A stretch of DNA of 60,019 nt, taken from Bacteroidales bacterium. GTDB lineage: Bacteria; Bacteroidota; Bacteroidia; Bacteroidales; VadinHA17. The stretch spans positions 1-60,019 of the forward strand of contig JAAYUS010000150.1 in the NCBI GenBank assembly GCA_012517605.1, read 5' to 3'. The translations under genes and the position numbers were made by a program. Positions 49,036 to 59,119 of this stretch are shown in pieces (position 1 is the first letter of the stretch; each line of letters starts with the position of its first letter). The notes below the pieces were generated by a model. It ran no database searches, was not told the DNA's origin, and saw only the letters and a program-made list of their open reading frames with translations.

Positions 49036-50223
49036 TTAATAAACTTCAAGTTCTTTCCATCCTGGTATTCTGGGATATTTAGCATGCGGTTCTGTCTGAT
49101 ACCAGTAGCAAACTGAAGCTATATCTGATTTCTGCGCCAGATATCTGCCGCCCTGCCTCCATCCAAGATCCTGTATTGTAACCTTAAGATCTTTTTCGAA
49201 CCTGATAGGGTCCATAATATGCCACCGGTACATCCCGAAACGTTGCATTACGTTGTAATGACCGTCGCCCCTGATAACCTGGTGAAGGCCCGAGTATGGG
49301 GTACAGAATTCGGTATAGTTGACTTCCTCAACGCCATAGGCATTTTTCTTCCGTGTGTCGAAATCGTATGACCCGCAGATATAATCTTCAGTCCCGGTAC
49401 CGCATATTGTCGGGAATTTAGTATCTCCGTCGATGAAGAATTTGATCTCACCTTCTCCCCACCAGCCGTTATTGTTTACACCCCAGGCCAGATAAACCCC
49501 TACATAATGTCCTTTTCCCTTAATACCATCAACAATTGTATAATCTGATGTCGTATTCGGGTTCTGCCTTCTGAACTGGGCATGAAAATAAGCAGCATCA
49601 TCCGGTACATCGGTAAGTGTATAGTCGATCTGGTAATACAGTGTCATGACATCCTGATCTCCTGTGTTTTCCATTGTGATCCTGCATTTTTTCCTGAAAG
49701 GCATCATCCAGTAACTGTTGAAGGCGCTGCCCGGATTTACGCATATTGCAGATGAGACCAGGGGTGCATATTGCCCCCACCCCATTCCAAAGAAATCTCC
49801 AACAGGACATTCAACGGATGGTTCCTGTTCATCGTCCCAGTAAATGCGAAGAATTGAATATCGCCATTTCCCCGCCGGAGTCATCCAGATATGCTGAATG
49901 GCACCTGGACCTGTTATATCTGCCAGAGTAAAAGTTTCACCGGGCTGGATACGTATAAATGGATTTACTTTCCATCCCTGTCCCAAATCGCGTGCCGCAT
50001 TGGAAGCGTTTGCGACATTTGGTTTATCCTTGTCAGCAGGATTCGCCATCCCGCCTTTGCCTTTTTCACCTGTGAAATTCTCAGGGCTTATGGATCTTGT
50101 TTTTGCATCGGATAATCTGTAAAGATTCCCAATATTCATGTCAAGACCATTGAATCGTGACTGGGATAGCAGAATTAACGGGAATGCAAGAAACACAACA
50201 AGGAGAGCTGAATATTTTTTCAT
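49036..50223 (-). CDS. DUF2961 / GH172 family glycosidase
   Basis: Signal peptide; RSISPENFTGEKG, GPGAIQHIW, WWGEGE, GTGTEDY, YRWHIMDP. Confidence 0.88.
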   Translation of the reverse strand: MKKYSALLVVFLAFPLILLSQSRFNGLDMNIGNLYRLSDAKTRSISPENFTGEKGKGGMANPADKDKPNVANASNAARDLGQGWKVNPFIRIQPGETFTLADITGPGAIQHIWMTPAGKWRYSILRIYWDDEQEPSVECPVGDFFGMGWGQYAPLVSSAICVNPGSAFNSYWMMPFRKKCRITMENTGDQDVMTLYYQIDYTLTDVPDDAAYFHAQFRRQNPNTTSDYTIVDGIKGKGHYVGVYLAWGVNNNGWWGEGEIKFFIDGDTKFPTICGTGTEDYICGSYDFDTRKKNAYGVEEVNYTEFCTPYSGLHQVIRGDGHYNVMQRFGMYRWHIMDPIRFEKDLKVTIQDLGWRQGGRYLAQKSDIASVCYWYQTEPHAKYPRIPGWKELEVY

Positions 50224-50386
50224 ATGTTCCGGATTAAGAGTTAAACGATGACTTTTGGTAATCTGTAATTGAAAGGTTAAAGGTTATTGCTTAAATTTAT
50301 TAAAATATCTCCATCCGGGATTAAAAAAACCTGATATATTTAATTTTATTTAAGGCATAGCTGCGACCCACAAAAAAAATGAAATA

Positions 50387-51988
50387 ATGAAGCTCAGACT
50401 CGCTGTCCCCCATAACCTTGTCATAGTTTTCAGCATAATCATCCTGTCGGCCATTCTGACCTGGATCATTCCGGGAGGAAGGTACGAACGCCAGACTGTC
50501 GAGGTAAACGGCATTGAAAGAAGCGTAATTGTCAACGGTTCATTTCACTATGTAGACAGCCAGCCCCAGACATGGCAGATCTTTTCGGCATTTTACAAAG
50601 GTTTCATAAACATGTCGCACATAATTGTCTTTGTCCTTATGATCGGAGGAGCCTTCTGGATTATGAACGATACAAAGGCAATAGATGTCGGAATATTTTC
50701 ATTCCTGGGATTCACAAAACGGATGGAGAGATTTCAGCCTGTAAGATTTTTAGGTGTGAATAATATTATTATAACTCTCATAATGATAATTTTCAGCCTG
50801 TTTGGGGCCATATTCGGCATGAGTGAGGAGACAATTGCATTCTCGGTGATCTTTGTCCCGCTTGCTATTTCCATGGGTTATGATTCAATTGTCGGTATCG
50901 GACTATGCTATTTTGCTGCACATATCGGCTTTGCAGGCGCTATATTGAATCCGTTCACTGTCGGAATAGCCCAGGGGCTTGCAAGCGTTCCTCTTTTCAC
51001 CGGCATTGAATACCGTACATTCTGCTGGGTGGTCATCACAGTTGCAGGTATATTATGCATACTCTGGTATGCTGCACGGATAAGGAAGGATCCCTCTAAA
51101 AGTCCTATGTTTGAAGCAGATGAATACTGGAGAAAGAAGGGAAATTCGCATATTGAGGAAATAGTTTATCACACTCCTGTTTCAGCATGGGTTACTGCAC
51201 TGCTTACTTGCATTGTCCTCGTATTATTTGCAGTGAAATTTCCTGTCACTCATCTGAGTGTGGGATTGTCAAAAGTATCATTCCCCGTCCTTCCGGTCAT
51301 GGCTGTCCTGTTCTCTATCTTCAGCTTCATAACGCTGAGAAAGTCAATACATTTCTATGTACTTAACATCCTCGCTTTTACAATGATCTATCTTGTAATC
51401 GGAGTTCTTGGCTATGAATGGTACATTATGGAAATCGCAGCTTTATTCCTTGCGATGGGCCTTGTAACAGGATTTGCTGCCGGCAGGAAACCAGGAGAGA
51501 CGGCAAAATTGTTCGTTGAAGGAGTAAAGGACATTGTTTCAGCATCACTCGTGGTGGGATTTGCCGGCGGCATTATTGCAATTCTTACCGACGGTCAGAT
51601 AATTGATACAGTACTTTACAGCCTTTCAGGGGCACTGAAGGGAACAGGCCGGATAACAGCAATCTCAATAATGTATGTATTCCAGTCCCTCCTTAATCTT
51701 GTCATAACATCAGGTTCTGCAAAGGCAGCACTGACGATCCCGATCATGGCAGAGTTTTCTGACATTGCAGGCCTGACGAGACAGGCTACAATAATGGCGT
51801 TCCAGTTCGGTGCCGGATTTACTGATATGATAGCTCCCACTTCCGGGGTCCTTATGGGTGTCCTTGGAATGGCAAGGATACCTTATACGAAATGGCTGAA
51901 ATGGATTATGCCAATCCTCCTCATTCTGGTATTGATCGGTTTCCTTCTCCTGATACCAACTGTAACGATGAAGATGAACGGATTTTGA
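50387..51988 (+). CDS. YfcC/DcuC-like ion-transporter superfamily membrane protein
   Basis: LTWIIPGG, FGMSEETI, NPFTVGIAQ, SGSAKAALTIP, AFQFGAG, PTSG. Confidence 0.85.
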   Translation: MKLRLAVPHNLVIVFSIIILSAILTWIIPGGRYERQTVEVNGIERSVIVNGSFHYVDSQPQTWQIFSAFYKGFINMSHIIVFVLMIGGAFWIMNDTKAIDVGIFSFLGFTKRMERFQPVRFLGVNNIIITLIMIIFSLFGAIFGMSEETIAFSVIFVPLAISMGYDSIVGIGLCYFAAHIGFAGAILNPFTVGIAQGLASVPLFTGIEYRTFCWVVITVAGILCILWYAARIRKDPSKSPMFEADEYWRKKGNSHIEEIVYHTPVSAWVTALLTCIVLVLFAVKFPVTHLSVGLSKVSFPVLPVMAVLFSIFSFITLRKSIHFYVLNILAFTMIYLVIGVLGYEWYIMEIAALFLAMGLVTGFAAGRKPGETAKLFVEGVKDIVSASLVVGFAGGIIAILTDGQIIDTVLYSLSGALKGTGRITAISIMYVFQSLLNLVITSGSAKAALTIPIMAEFSDIAGLTRQATIMAFQFGAGFTDMIAPTSGVLMGVLGMARIPYTKWLKWIMPILLILVLIGFLLLIPTVTMKMNGF

Positions 51989-52004
51989 AAGGAGGAAAAG
52001 AATA

Positions 52005-52093
52005 ACCGCAAAGGTAACAAAGATTACGGGCGCAAAGTAAAATCACTATTAATCAACACTTTGCGTTGCGTAAGCCTCGTCGCTCTTTGCGGT
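52005..52093. repeat. Dispersed palindromic (REP-like) element, copy 2, between convergent genes
   Basis: Outer ACCGCAAAG/CTTTGCGGT and inner CGCAAAGT/ACTTTGCG inverted repeats. Confidence 0.6.
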
Positions 52094-52118
52094 TTAAGTT
52101 TATAAACTCTTAAGCTCC

Positions 52119-52595
52119 TTAGAAAATATACCTGATTGACAATGCTCCTCCGTCACCCCAGAAACCGGAATAACCAGTCAGGTTGAAAGCCGGTTTCCAG
52201 TCAAGACTTATATTTATCGGGAACTCGCTGAAGTTGTATTCTATTCCAAGTATCCCGTCAACTCCGATTACAGTATAGTTATGGGCTTCATCTCCCCAGT
52301 GCTTATATGTATAGTCTCCGTTCCAGAATCCTATGTGAGCGCCGCCGCCGAAATACCAGTTAAGCCTGCTGACATCAAAAGCATTGTCATGGACTTCATA
52401 AAGTCCGGTAAGCTCGAATCCGTGCCATCTTGTCGAGAGCATACCTTCAACAGCTGATCTCTGGCTGAGAAAATGCTTTACGGTGAGTCCGTTTGAAAAT
52501 CCGAGTCTAAGACCTACACCTGTGTTATAATCCTGTGCAGAAGCAAATGCAGTAAAAAATATAACCAGGGTAAATGTCAGGATAATTTTTCTCAT
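52119..52595 (-). CDS. Small outer-membrane beta-barrel protein
   Basis: Signal peptide from ATG 52595; GLRLG, WYFGGGAH, SLDWKP, C-terminal RYIF. Confidence 0.75.
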   Translation of the reverse strand: MRKIILTFTLVIFFTAFASAQDYNTGVGLRLGFSNGLTVKHFLSQRSAVEGMLSTRWHGFELTGLYEVHDNAFDVSRLNWYFGGGAHIGFWNGDYTYKHWGDEAHNYTVIGVDGILGIEYNFSEFPINISLDWKPAFNLTGYSGFWGDGGALSIRYIF

Positions 52596-52756
52596 GTCTG
52601 TAGTTTTAAATTTCACAGGCAAATTTAATAATATCTTATTTCTTAAAAAAATTACATTCCGCCGCCTGTAAAGTCGAATTCCGGTTCATCGTTGTAAAAG
52701 ATCAATAGCCGTATTGAATTTTGTCTAAATTTGTCATCTTTAAAAAGCAATCTGAA

Positions 52757-55324
52757 TTGAAGACGAAATTTCAGGGAAGTATTTTTCATATTTTTTTACT
52801 GTCTGTTTTGTTATTTGGGGCCAGCCCTGATTGTTATTCACTTACACAGGAAAAGACGATAATCAAAGGTGTGGTTACCGACGCCTCCACCGGCGAACCC
52901 GTGCCATACGCGTCAGTGCTTCTGAAAGGAACCTCAGTCGGAACTCTGACAGATGCCACAGGTAAATATCTGATAGAAACAACAATCAGGGCATCGGAAA
53001 TTAGATTTTCCTTCATCGGATATGATCCCGAAACAAGGCCTATTCGCCAGGGAGTAGCCCAGACTATAGACATAAAGTTAAAGGTTACCTCAATAACCCT
53101 CAATGAAGTCACAGTAAAGCCCGGAAAGAGAGAGTACAGGAACAGGAACAATCCTGCTGTTGAGCTGATAGAGAATGTCATCAGGCATAAAAGTCTGAAC
53201 AGGCCGGAATCATTCGATTTTCTGCAATATGAGAAATATGAGAAGATACAGCTTGCGTTGAGCAATATAACCGAAGATTTCAAAAGGGCTCCGATATTCA
53301 GGAAATACAGTTTTATCTTCGATAATACGGATACAACAAAAAGGATTGGCAATGAGATACTTCCAATCTACTTAAAGGAAAGTATTTCTGATAATTTTTA
53401 CAGGAAAGTGCCTGAAACCAGGAAGGAAATCATAAGGGCTCAGAAAGCCATAAATCTTGAAGAATACCTCGACAATAAAGGCGTAACTGCAAACCTTAAC
53501 TATATTTTCCAGAATATAAACATCTACGATAATGAAATCCTTTTTCTTACAAATAAATTCCTGAGCCCGATAGCCGGCACTGCACCAGCTTTTTACAGAT
53601 ATTACATAACCGACACCATCACCTTAAAAGACACAAGGTGCATAAGATTGTTCTTCGAGCCTCGGAATCCATCTGATTTTCTTTTCCATGGCGATCTGTA
53701 TGTTACCCTCGACAGCACCTTTGCAGTAAGAAGCATTGACATCGGGATCAATAAAAATATTAATATCGACTGGGTCCAGGGCATAAGTGTAAAGCAGGAT
53801 TTTGACAATTTCGGCAAAAACTTCTGGCTTCTGTCAAAAGAAGATATTTCAATTGATGTGGGTCTGGTTAAAAATTCTCCCGGACTTTACGTGCAGAGGA
53901 CTGTTTCATATAAAGACTACATTGTTAATGTACCTGTTGCTGACAGCGTTTTCACAGGTCCGATTGTTAGCGAAATAACAGATCCCTCGGAAAGCAGTCC
54001 TGAATTCTGGGAAGCGCGAAGACAAATCCCGCTTAATAGTACAGAAAGGAACCTTTATTCAGCCGTTGACAGTCTCAAAAAAGTATCATCATTCAGAAAT
54101 CAGATGGGTTTTGTGATGCTCGCCACAACCGATTTCCTTGAACTTGGAAGGATTGAGATTGGCCCTGTCGGAAGTTTTTACAGCTTCAACAGCATTGAAG
54201 GCTCAAGGCTCAGGTTCGGTGGAAGGACTACTCCGGCATTCAGTAAAAAGATAACATTTGAAGGATACGGAGCTTATGGTTTTGAAGACAGAACATTCAA
54301 GTACAACTCAGGAGTTACTTTATCGCTTACCCCACGGACCATATATCAGTTTCCTGTAAAATCGCTTAAACTGAGTTATACGAAAGACACAAGAATCCCG
54401 GGACAGGAACTGCAGTTCAACCAGGGTGATAATTTCTTCCTGTCGTTCAAGAGAGGTGAAAATGACAAGCTTCTAATGAATAACACTCTCAGGTTTGAAT
54501 ATCTGAATGAATTTGAGAATCACTTTTCATACCTGCTTGGATATAACTTCACAAGGCAATATCCTCTCGGTAACCTGTACTATTATAAAGCCGGGGAGAC
54601 TCCTGATGCCGACGGGAGGAGGAATATTGACATTTCCGAGATCTATCTCAACCTGAGGTTTGCCCCAAATGAATCTTTTTACCAGGGAAAACTTTACCGT
54701 GATCATTTTCCAAACAAATATCCTGTAATACAGCTCAATACTGCCGTTGGTTCAGAATTCATGAAAAGCAGCTATGATTACCTCAGATTACAGATGAACA
54801 TCAGCAGAAGGTACTATGTTTCAATTCTGGGGTATACAGATGTTGCACTGGAGGCAGGGAAGATATTTGGAACAGTCTCGTTTCCGATGCTTTTCGTACA
54901 CGCTGCAAACCAGACATATGCATATCAGCGAAATGCATATAACCTGATGAATTTTCTGGAATTTGTAAGTGACAAGTATGTATCCCTCAACATTGACCAC
55001 TCTTTTAACGGTTTCATCCTGAATAAAATACCACTTATCAAGAAATTGAAATTCAGGGAGATTGTTACATGCAAGGTCATTTACGGCGGTATTGGAGGGA
55101 ACAATGATCCTTCCCGTAATAATGACCTTTTCAGGTTCCCCTCAGGCATTGACAATATCCCGCTTACCTATACCCTGGAGAAAAAACCTTATGTGGAAGC
55201 CGGCATCGGGCTGTCAAACATTCTGAGGATATTCAGGGTAGACCTGATAAAGCGGTTCACTTATCTTGATCATCCGGGTATTTCTGCCCTTGGGGTAAGA
55301 GTGCAGGTCAAAATGGACATTTGA
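52757..55324 (+). CDS. Carboxypeptidase regulatory-like domain + DUF5686 outer-membrane protein
   Basis: IKGVVTDASTGEPVPYASV, YEKIQ, FLSPIA, YVEAGIGLSNILRIFRVD; TTG 52757 preferred because a TAAATTTG promoter box lies at 52726-52733. Confidence 0.8.
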   Translation: MKTKFQGSIFHIFLLSVLLFGASPDCYSLTQEKTIIKGVVTDASTGEPVPYASVLLKGTSVGTLTDATGKYLIETTIRASEIRFSFIGYDPETRPIRQGVAQTIDIKLKVTSITLNEVTVKPGKREYRNRNNPAVELIENVIRHKSLNRPESFDFLQYEKYEKIQLALSNITEDFKRAPIFRKYSFIFDNTDTTKRIGNEILPIYLKESISDNFYRKVPETRKEIIRAQKAINLEEYLDNKGVTANLNYIFQNINIYDNEILFLTNKFLSPIAGTAPAFYRYYITDTITLKDTRCIRLFFEPRNPSDFLFHGDLYVTLDSTFAVRSIDIGINKNINIDWVQGISVKQDFDNFGKNFWLLSKEDISIDVGLVKNSPGLYVQRTVSYKDYIVNVPVADSVFTGPIVSEITDPSESSPEFWEARRQIPLNSTERNLYSAVDSLKKVSSFRNQMGFVMLATTDFLELGRIEIGPVGSFYSFNSIEGSRLRFGGRTTPAFSKKITFEGYGAYGFEDRTFKYNSGVTLSLTPRTIYQFPVKSLKLSYTKDTRIPGQELQFNQGDNFFLSFKRGENDKLLMNNTLRFEYLNEFENHFSYLLGYNFTRQYPLGNLYYYKAGETPDADGRRNIDISEIYLNLRFAPNESFYQGKLYRDHFPNKYPVIQLNTAVGSEFMKSSYDYLRLQMNISRRYYVSILGYTDVALEAGKIFGTVSFPMLFVHAANQTYAYQRNAYNLMNFLEFVSDKYVSLNIDHSFNGFILNKIPLIKKLKFREIVTCKVIYGGIGGNNDPSRNNDLFRFPSGIDNIPLTYTLEKKPYVEAGIGLSNILRIFRVDLIKRFTYLDHPGISALGVRVQVKMDI

Positions 55325-55326
55325 CA

Positions 55327-55360
55327 CAAAAAGAGAAGGATCTGCCCCTGATCCTTCTCT
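55327..55360 (-). terminator. Intrinsic terminator (11-bp stem) with U-tract on the minus strand
   Basis: AGAGAAGGATC-TGCCCCT-GATCCTTCTCT, preceded on the plus strand by an A run. Confidence 0.7.
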
Positions 55361-55422
55361 GCCAACAAACCCGGAATCGATCCGGGAACTGATTAACAAA
55401 CCTGAAACTGGCCTTTCCTGAC

Positions 55423-55557
55423 CTAATCCACGTAAAACATATACTTGTAGACAAATCCATTCTCACGTAGCCACCAGCGGAGCGCTTTGGCTATCTTCCG
55501 TCTTCTTATCAGAACTGTTCCCAACTCATCGGATGAAATGCGGTAGAATGTTTTCAT
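55423..55557 (-). CDS. Small hypothetical protein, 44 aa
   Basis: MKTFYRISSDELGTVLIRRRKIAKALRWWLRENGFVYKYMFYVD; A-rich leader, upstream promoter-like box, same-strand terminator downstream. Confidence 0.6.
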   Translation of the reverse strand: MKTFYRISSDELGTVLIRRRKIAKALRWWLRENGFVYKYMFYVD

Positions 55558-56052
55558 AAGTATCTATTTTAAATATTAATAATTTTCATTGATGTAAAAT
55601 TAAGGTCAGCAACTACTGTTGTCAATACGCTAATGGCCAGGCAATGGGAAAATGCAACAGTCCGTCAAGGCTTTCATCAATGAAATTCCGGTGATCGGAT
55701 AAAGGTCGGTCAACCTTGTAAACAGAATGAATGGATTCGTCAAATTCGCTGCTGAATTTATCAATAAATGCCTGCGTGAAAGGAACAGGCAACGTTAATC
55801 AGACTGTTAGTCATTGAATACCAGCATTATAATCCGAAAAAAACATTAATAATTGCCTGGGAGACCGATTTTGACTAACATTATGTTTCAGATGATAAAA
55901 TTCGCCGATTTGTCTCTGTTTTGAGGTTCGGTCAGAGGTTATTTCATAATCCGGAGGTCAATTTCACAGGTTCAGAAAAAAAATTTGCAGGTATATTGTA
56001 TCTTCGGCCTTTTTACCAGTCATTTGTCAGACATAAAAAAAGAGTTTGAATT

Positions 56053-56979
56053 ATGCCATTAAACATTTCAGATAATCTGCCGGCGGTGAAAATTCTCGAA
56101 AATGAGAATATTTTCGTCATGAAGGAGACAAGGGCCGTTCACCAGGATATCAGGCCCCTGCAGATACTGATCCTTAATCTGATGCCGGTCAAGATGACTA
56201 CGGAGACACAGATCCTCAGGCTTCTGTCAAACACACCGCTGCAGGTTGAGATAACCCTGATTTATACAAAGATGCACCTGTCAAAAAATACACCAAAGGA
56301 ACATCTCGATTCATTCTACAAGACTTTTGATGATATATCGATTCACAGGTATGACGGGATGATAATCACCGGAGCTCCAATCGAGCATCTTGAATTTGAG
56401 GAGGTTGACTACTGGGAGGAAATGGTCAGGATAATGGACTGGGCCGATACTCACGTGACATCATCGATGTATATCTGCTGGGCATCACAAGCTGGGCTCT
56501 ATCACCATTATGGTATTCCCAAGTACATGATGAAGGAAAAGATGTTTGGTGTATTTAAGCACAGGGCTTACAGCAAGACCAATCTTCTCACAAGAGGTTT
56601 TGATGATGTGTTTCTCGCCCCGCATTCCAGGTACACGGAGGTGAGAAAAGAAGATATTGAGAAGGTAAGCGATCTTGAAATACTTGCCGATTCAGAAGAA
56701 GCCGGCATTTATCTTGTTGCCTCAAAGGATCTGCGAAGGATCTTTGTAACAGGGCATTCAGAATATGATCCGCTGACTCTTAAAAATGAATATGACAGGG
56801 ATGTGGCAAAAGGTCTGGATATTAAAATCCCAAAAAACTATTTTCTCAACGACGACCCTAATCAGATGCCTGTTGTAAAATGGAGAAGCCATGCCAGCCT
56901 GTTGTTTTCCAACTGGCTCAATTACTGCGTTTACCAGATGACACCTTATGTTCTTGAGAACGGTGAAAAACAGGTTTGA
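56053..56979 (+). CDS. metA: Homoserine O-acyltransferase, probably acetyl-CoA specific
   Basis: QDIRPL, LNLMP, TGAPIE, ICWASQA, PHSRY, GHSEYD, NWLNY. Confidence 0.95.
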   Translation: MPLNISDNLPAVKILENENIFVMKETRAVHQDIRPLQILILNLMPVKMTTETQILRLLSNTPLQVEITLIYTKMHLSKNTPKEHLDSFYKTFDDISIHRYDGMIITGAPIEHLEFEEVDYWEEMVRIMDWADTHVTSSMYICWASQAGLYHHYGIPKYMMKEKMFGVFKHRAYSKTNLLTRGFDDVFLAPHSRYTEVRKEDIEKVSDLEILADSEEAGIYLVASKDLRRIFVTGHSEYDPLTLKNEYDRDVAKGLDIKIPKNYFLNDDPNQMPVVKWRSHASLLFSNWLNYCVYQMTPYVLENGEKQV

Positions 56980-56981
56980 CC

Positions 56982-58100
56982 TTAATCGTCGAAATTGACT
57001 TTTTTATAGCTTGTCAGGTCGAGAGCCTTCTTCCTGTATATCTTTTTGCTTGCTTTATCTCCTTCAAGTTCAGCTAATCTGCTGAGCCCGAAGTTTGCAT
57101 AGGCAGCATATTCATTACCGTAAAAGCCGAACATGGAGATCTCATTAAGCCCCTGGTTGTAAAATTGTTTTGCCCTGGCCGGATCCCTGTATTTCTTTTC
57201 CTGGATTATCGCTTTGAATATATCGGACTGGGCAGCATAAAAAAGGTTTTTCTCCTTCGCTGTTGATGATCTGATAAGATTTTCTGCCTCATCATATTTC
57301 TTCAGAAGGAGGAGATTTTTAATGTTTGAAGCAAGATACTGAGGGTTTTCAGGATACATATTATTAAGATACCTTGTATATGCGTATGCCATCTGGAAAT
57401 TACCCTCAAAATGTATATAGATATGTGAAAGGAATGTAGCCGACTCGGCTTTCAGCATAATTGAAGTCCTTGCCGCTTTTCGCATCTCAATGAGACCTTT
57501 TGCCTTGTCTCCCCTTGGGAAGAACAATGCAACCACCCTGTATACAGGACGGGCCTCAGGGTATGCTTCCCGGTAATAATTATATAATCCGGTGAAAAAA
57601 TAGAAATCATCATAAAAAGAAGTATAGTCAAAGGACTGCCTTATAAGGCGATATGTAGTCTTTGCGATTGGAAGGACTTTATCACTAAGGTTATTGTCGG
57701 CATAAAACTGAAGCAGCATCCCGCGGGCGCCAAGATTAGAGAGGAGGATCTCAGGATAATCATCAGAGATCTTTCTCTCCTCACAGATCCTTATGCAGTC
57801 AGTCATATATTTCTCATAGTCCTTCTGTGCCTGAGATCCGGGCTCAAGCGGATAGTTTTGCCAGTATAATATCATCCCGTTAAGAAATTGATTAACGGGA
57901 TGACCCGGGAAAGAGATACTTAATTTATCTGCTTCATTGCGTGCACTTTCAAATTCAAAATTGTAAATATCATTTACACATCTCTTAAGAATATTCATTG
58001 ATGTGGAATCCTTAAGTATCTGTCCCTCCAGAACGCCTAAATTGACTGAAATCAAAACAGTCAACAATACAGCCAGTCGTTTTTCAATCGTGGGTTTCAT
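56982..58100 (-). CDS. Secreted alpha-helical (TPR-like) hypothetical protein
   Basis: Signal-like N-terminus; YNFEF, GLYNYY, GDKAKG; helical repeat character. Confidence 0.6.
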   Translation of the reverse strand: MKPTIEKRLAVLLTVLISVNLGVLEGQILKDSTSMNILKRCVNDIYNFEFESARNEADKLSISFPGHPVNQFLNGMILYWQNYPLEPGSQAQKDYEKYMTDCIRICEERKISDDYPEILLSNLGARGMLLQFYADNNLSDKVLPIAKTTYRLIRQSFDYTSFYDDFYFFTGLYNYYREAYPEARPVYRVVALFFPRGDKAKGLIEMRKAARTSIMLKAESATFLSHIYIHFEGNFQMAYAYTRYLNNMYPENPQYLASNIKNLLLLKKYDEAENLIRSSTAKEKNLFYAAQSDIFKAIIQEKKYRDPARAKQFYNQGLNEISMFGFYGNEYAAYANFGLSRLAELEGDKASKKIYRKKALDLTSYKKVNFDD

Positions 58101-58118
58101 CACAAATTTTTCAAAAAT

Positions 58119-58802
58119 TCAGGAGATAAGTCTGGCGATAAGGAAGGCTGCTCCTGCAGCCAGCACACCGGTAATTGCTGTCTTTACCGCTCCCAGCAAT
58201 GGTTTGTTGCCGGTCATCTTAGTTTTAAAGTATCCAAAACCGAAAAGGAATAAAACAGTAATGATTGTTGACAGCACAAGTCCTTTCTGTGGTGAATTCA
58301 TTATCAGGTAACCTGTAAGCGGCACAAAGCCTCCCAGAATATATGACAGTCCTATGTTTAATGCGCTTCGGGCAGCTCTGTTGACGTCGGGTTTTTCAAG
58401 CCCTAATTCAAATTTCATCATGAAATCCACCCATTTCATCTTATTGTTGCTCAATTCAAGCGCTATGGCTTCCTGCAAATGGTTGCTTATCCCATATTCC
58501 TTAAAAATATCCCTGACTTCCTGCATTTCCTTTTCAGGAACATCAGCAACCTCATCATTTTCCCTTTTGAGCTCCGTATAATAATGATCGGCATCTGTCT
58601 TACCTGCCAGATACCCGCCGAGGCCCATTGCAATTGACCCTGCAACGATTTCAGCCACTCCGGCTGTAATTATGATGCTGTTGCTTGCGACCGCACCGCT
58701 CAGCCCGGCGGCAAGAGCAAACGGAACCGTCAGGCCGTCTGACATTCCTATTACTATATCGCGGATCAGATCCGAAGATTTGAAGTGTTTTTCATTGTGC
58801 AT
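58119..58802 (-). CDS. VIT1/CCC1-family Fe/Mn transporter
   Basis: RDIVIGMSDGL, AEIVAGSIAMGLGGYL, FMMKFELG. Confidence 0.92.
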   Translation of the reverse strand: MHNEKHFKSSDLIRDIVIGMSDGLTVPFALAAGLSGAVASNSIIITAGVAEIVAGSIAMGLGGYLAGKTDADHYYTELKRENDEVADVPEKEMQEVRDIFKEYGISNHLQEAIALELSNNKMKWVDFMMKFELGLEKPDVNRAARSALNIGLSYILGGFVPLTGYLIMNSPQKGLVLSTIITVLFLFGFGYFKTKMTGNKPLLGAVKTAITGVLAAGAAFLIARLIS

Positions 58803-59119
58803 CCTTATTACTCTTAATTGTTTTTCAAGATCTCAACATGTCAAATTATTATTCCGGCATTAATTGTCGGGAGTACCAAATTTAACCGGTTACAAAACAT
58901 AAACAGATAATAATTACTAAATAAAAGGTTCGTCAATGCCAAAATTAAGTAATAAATACTGACAGGTACAAGTTTTTTATTATGCCACATAATAGCAGAA
59001 GCTTCTTCACAGGCATCATGGATCGACAGCTTTTAAAAAACCTTTCTGATTCTTATTTATTAAAATCTTCCCAAAGCAATTTGTTGTATTTTTAGTTTCA
59101 GTAAACTCGTTAGAAATAG

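Noticed and set aside
55864-55891. dif-like site ending TTATGTTTCAG
   Set aside because: Partial XerD-arm match only, with no XerC arm
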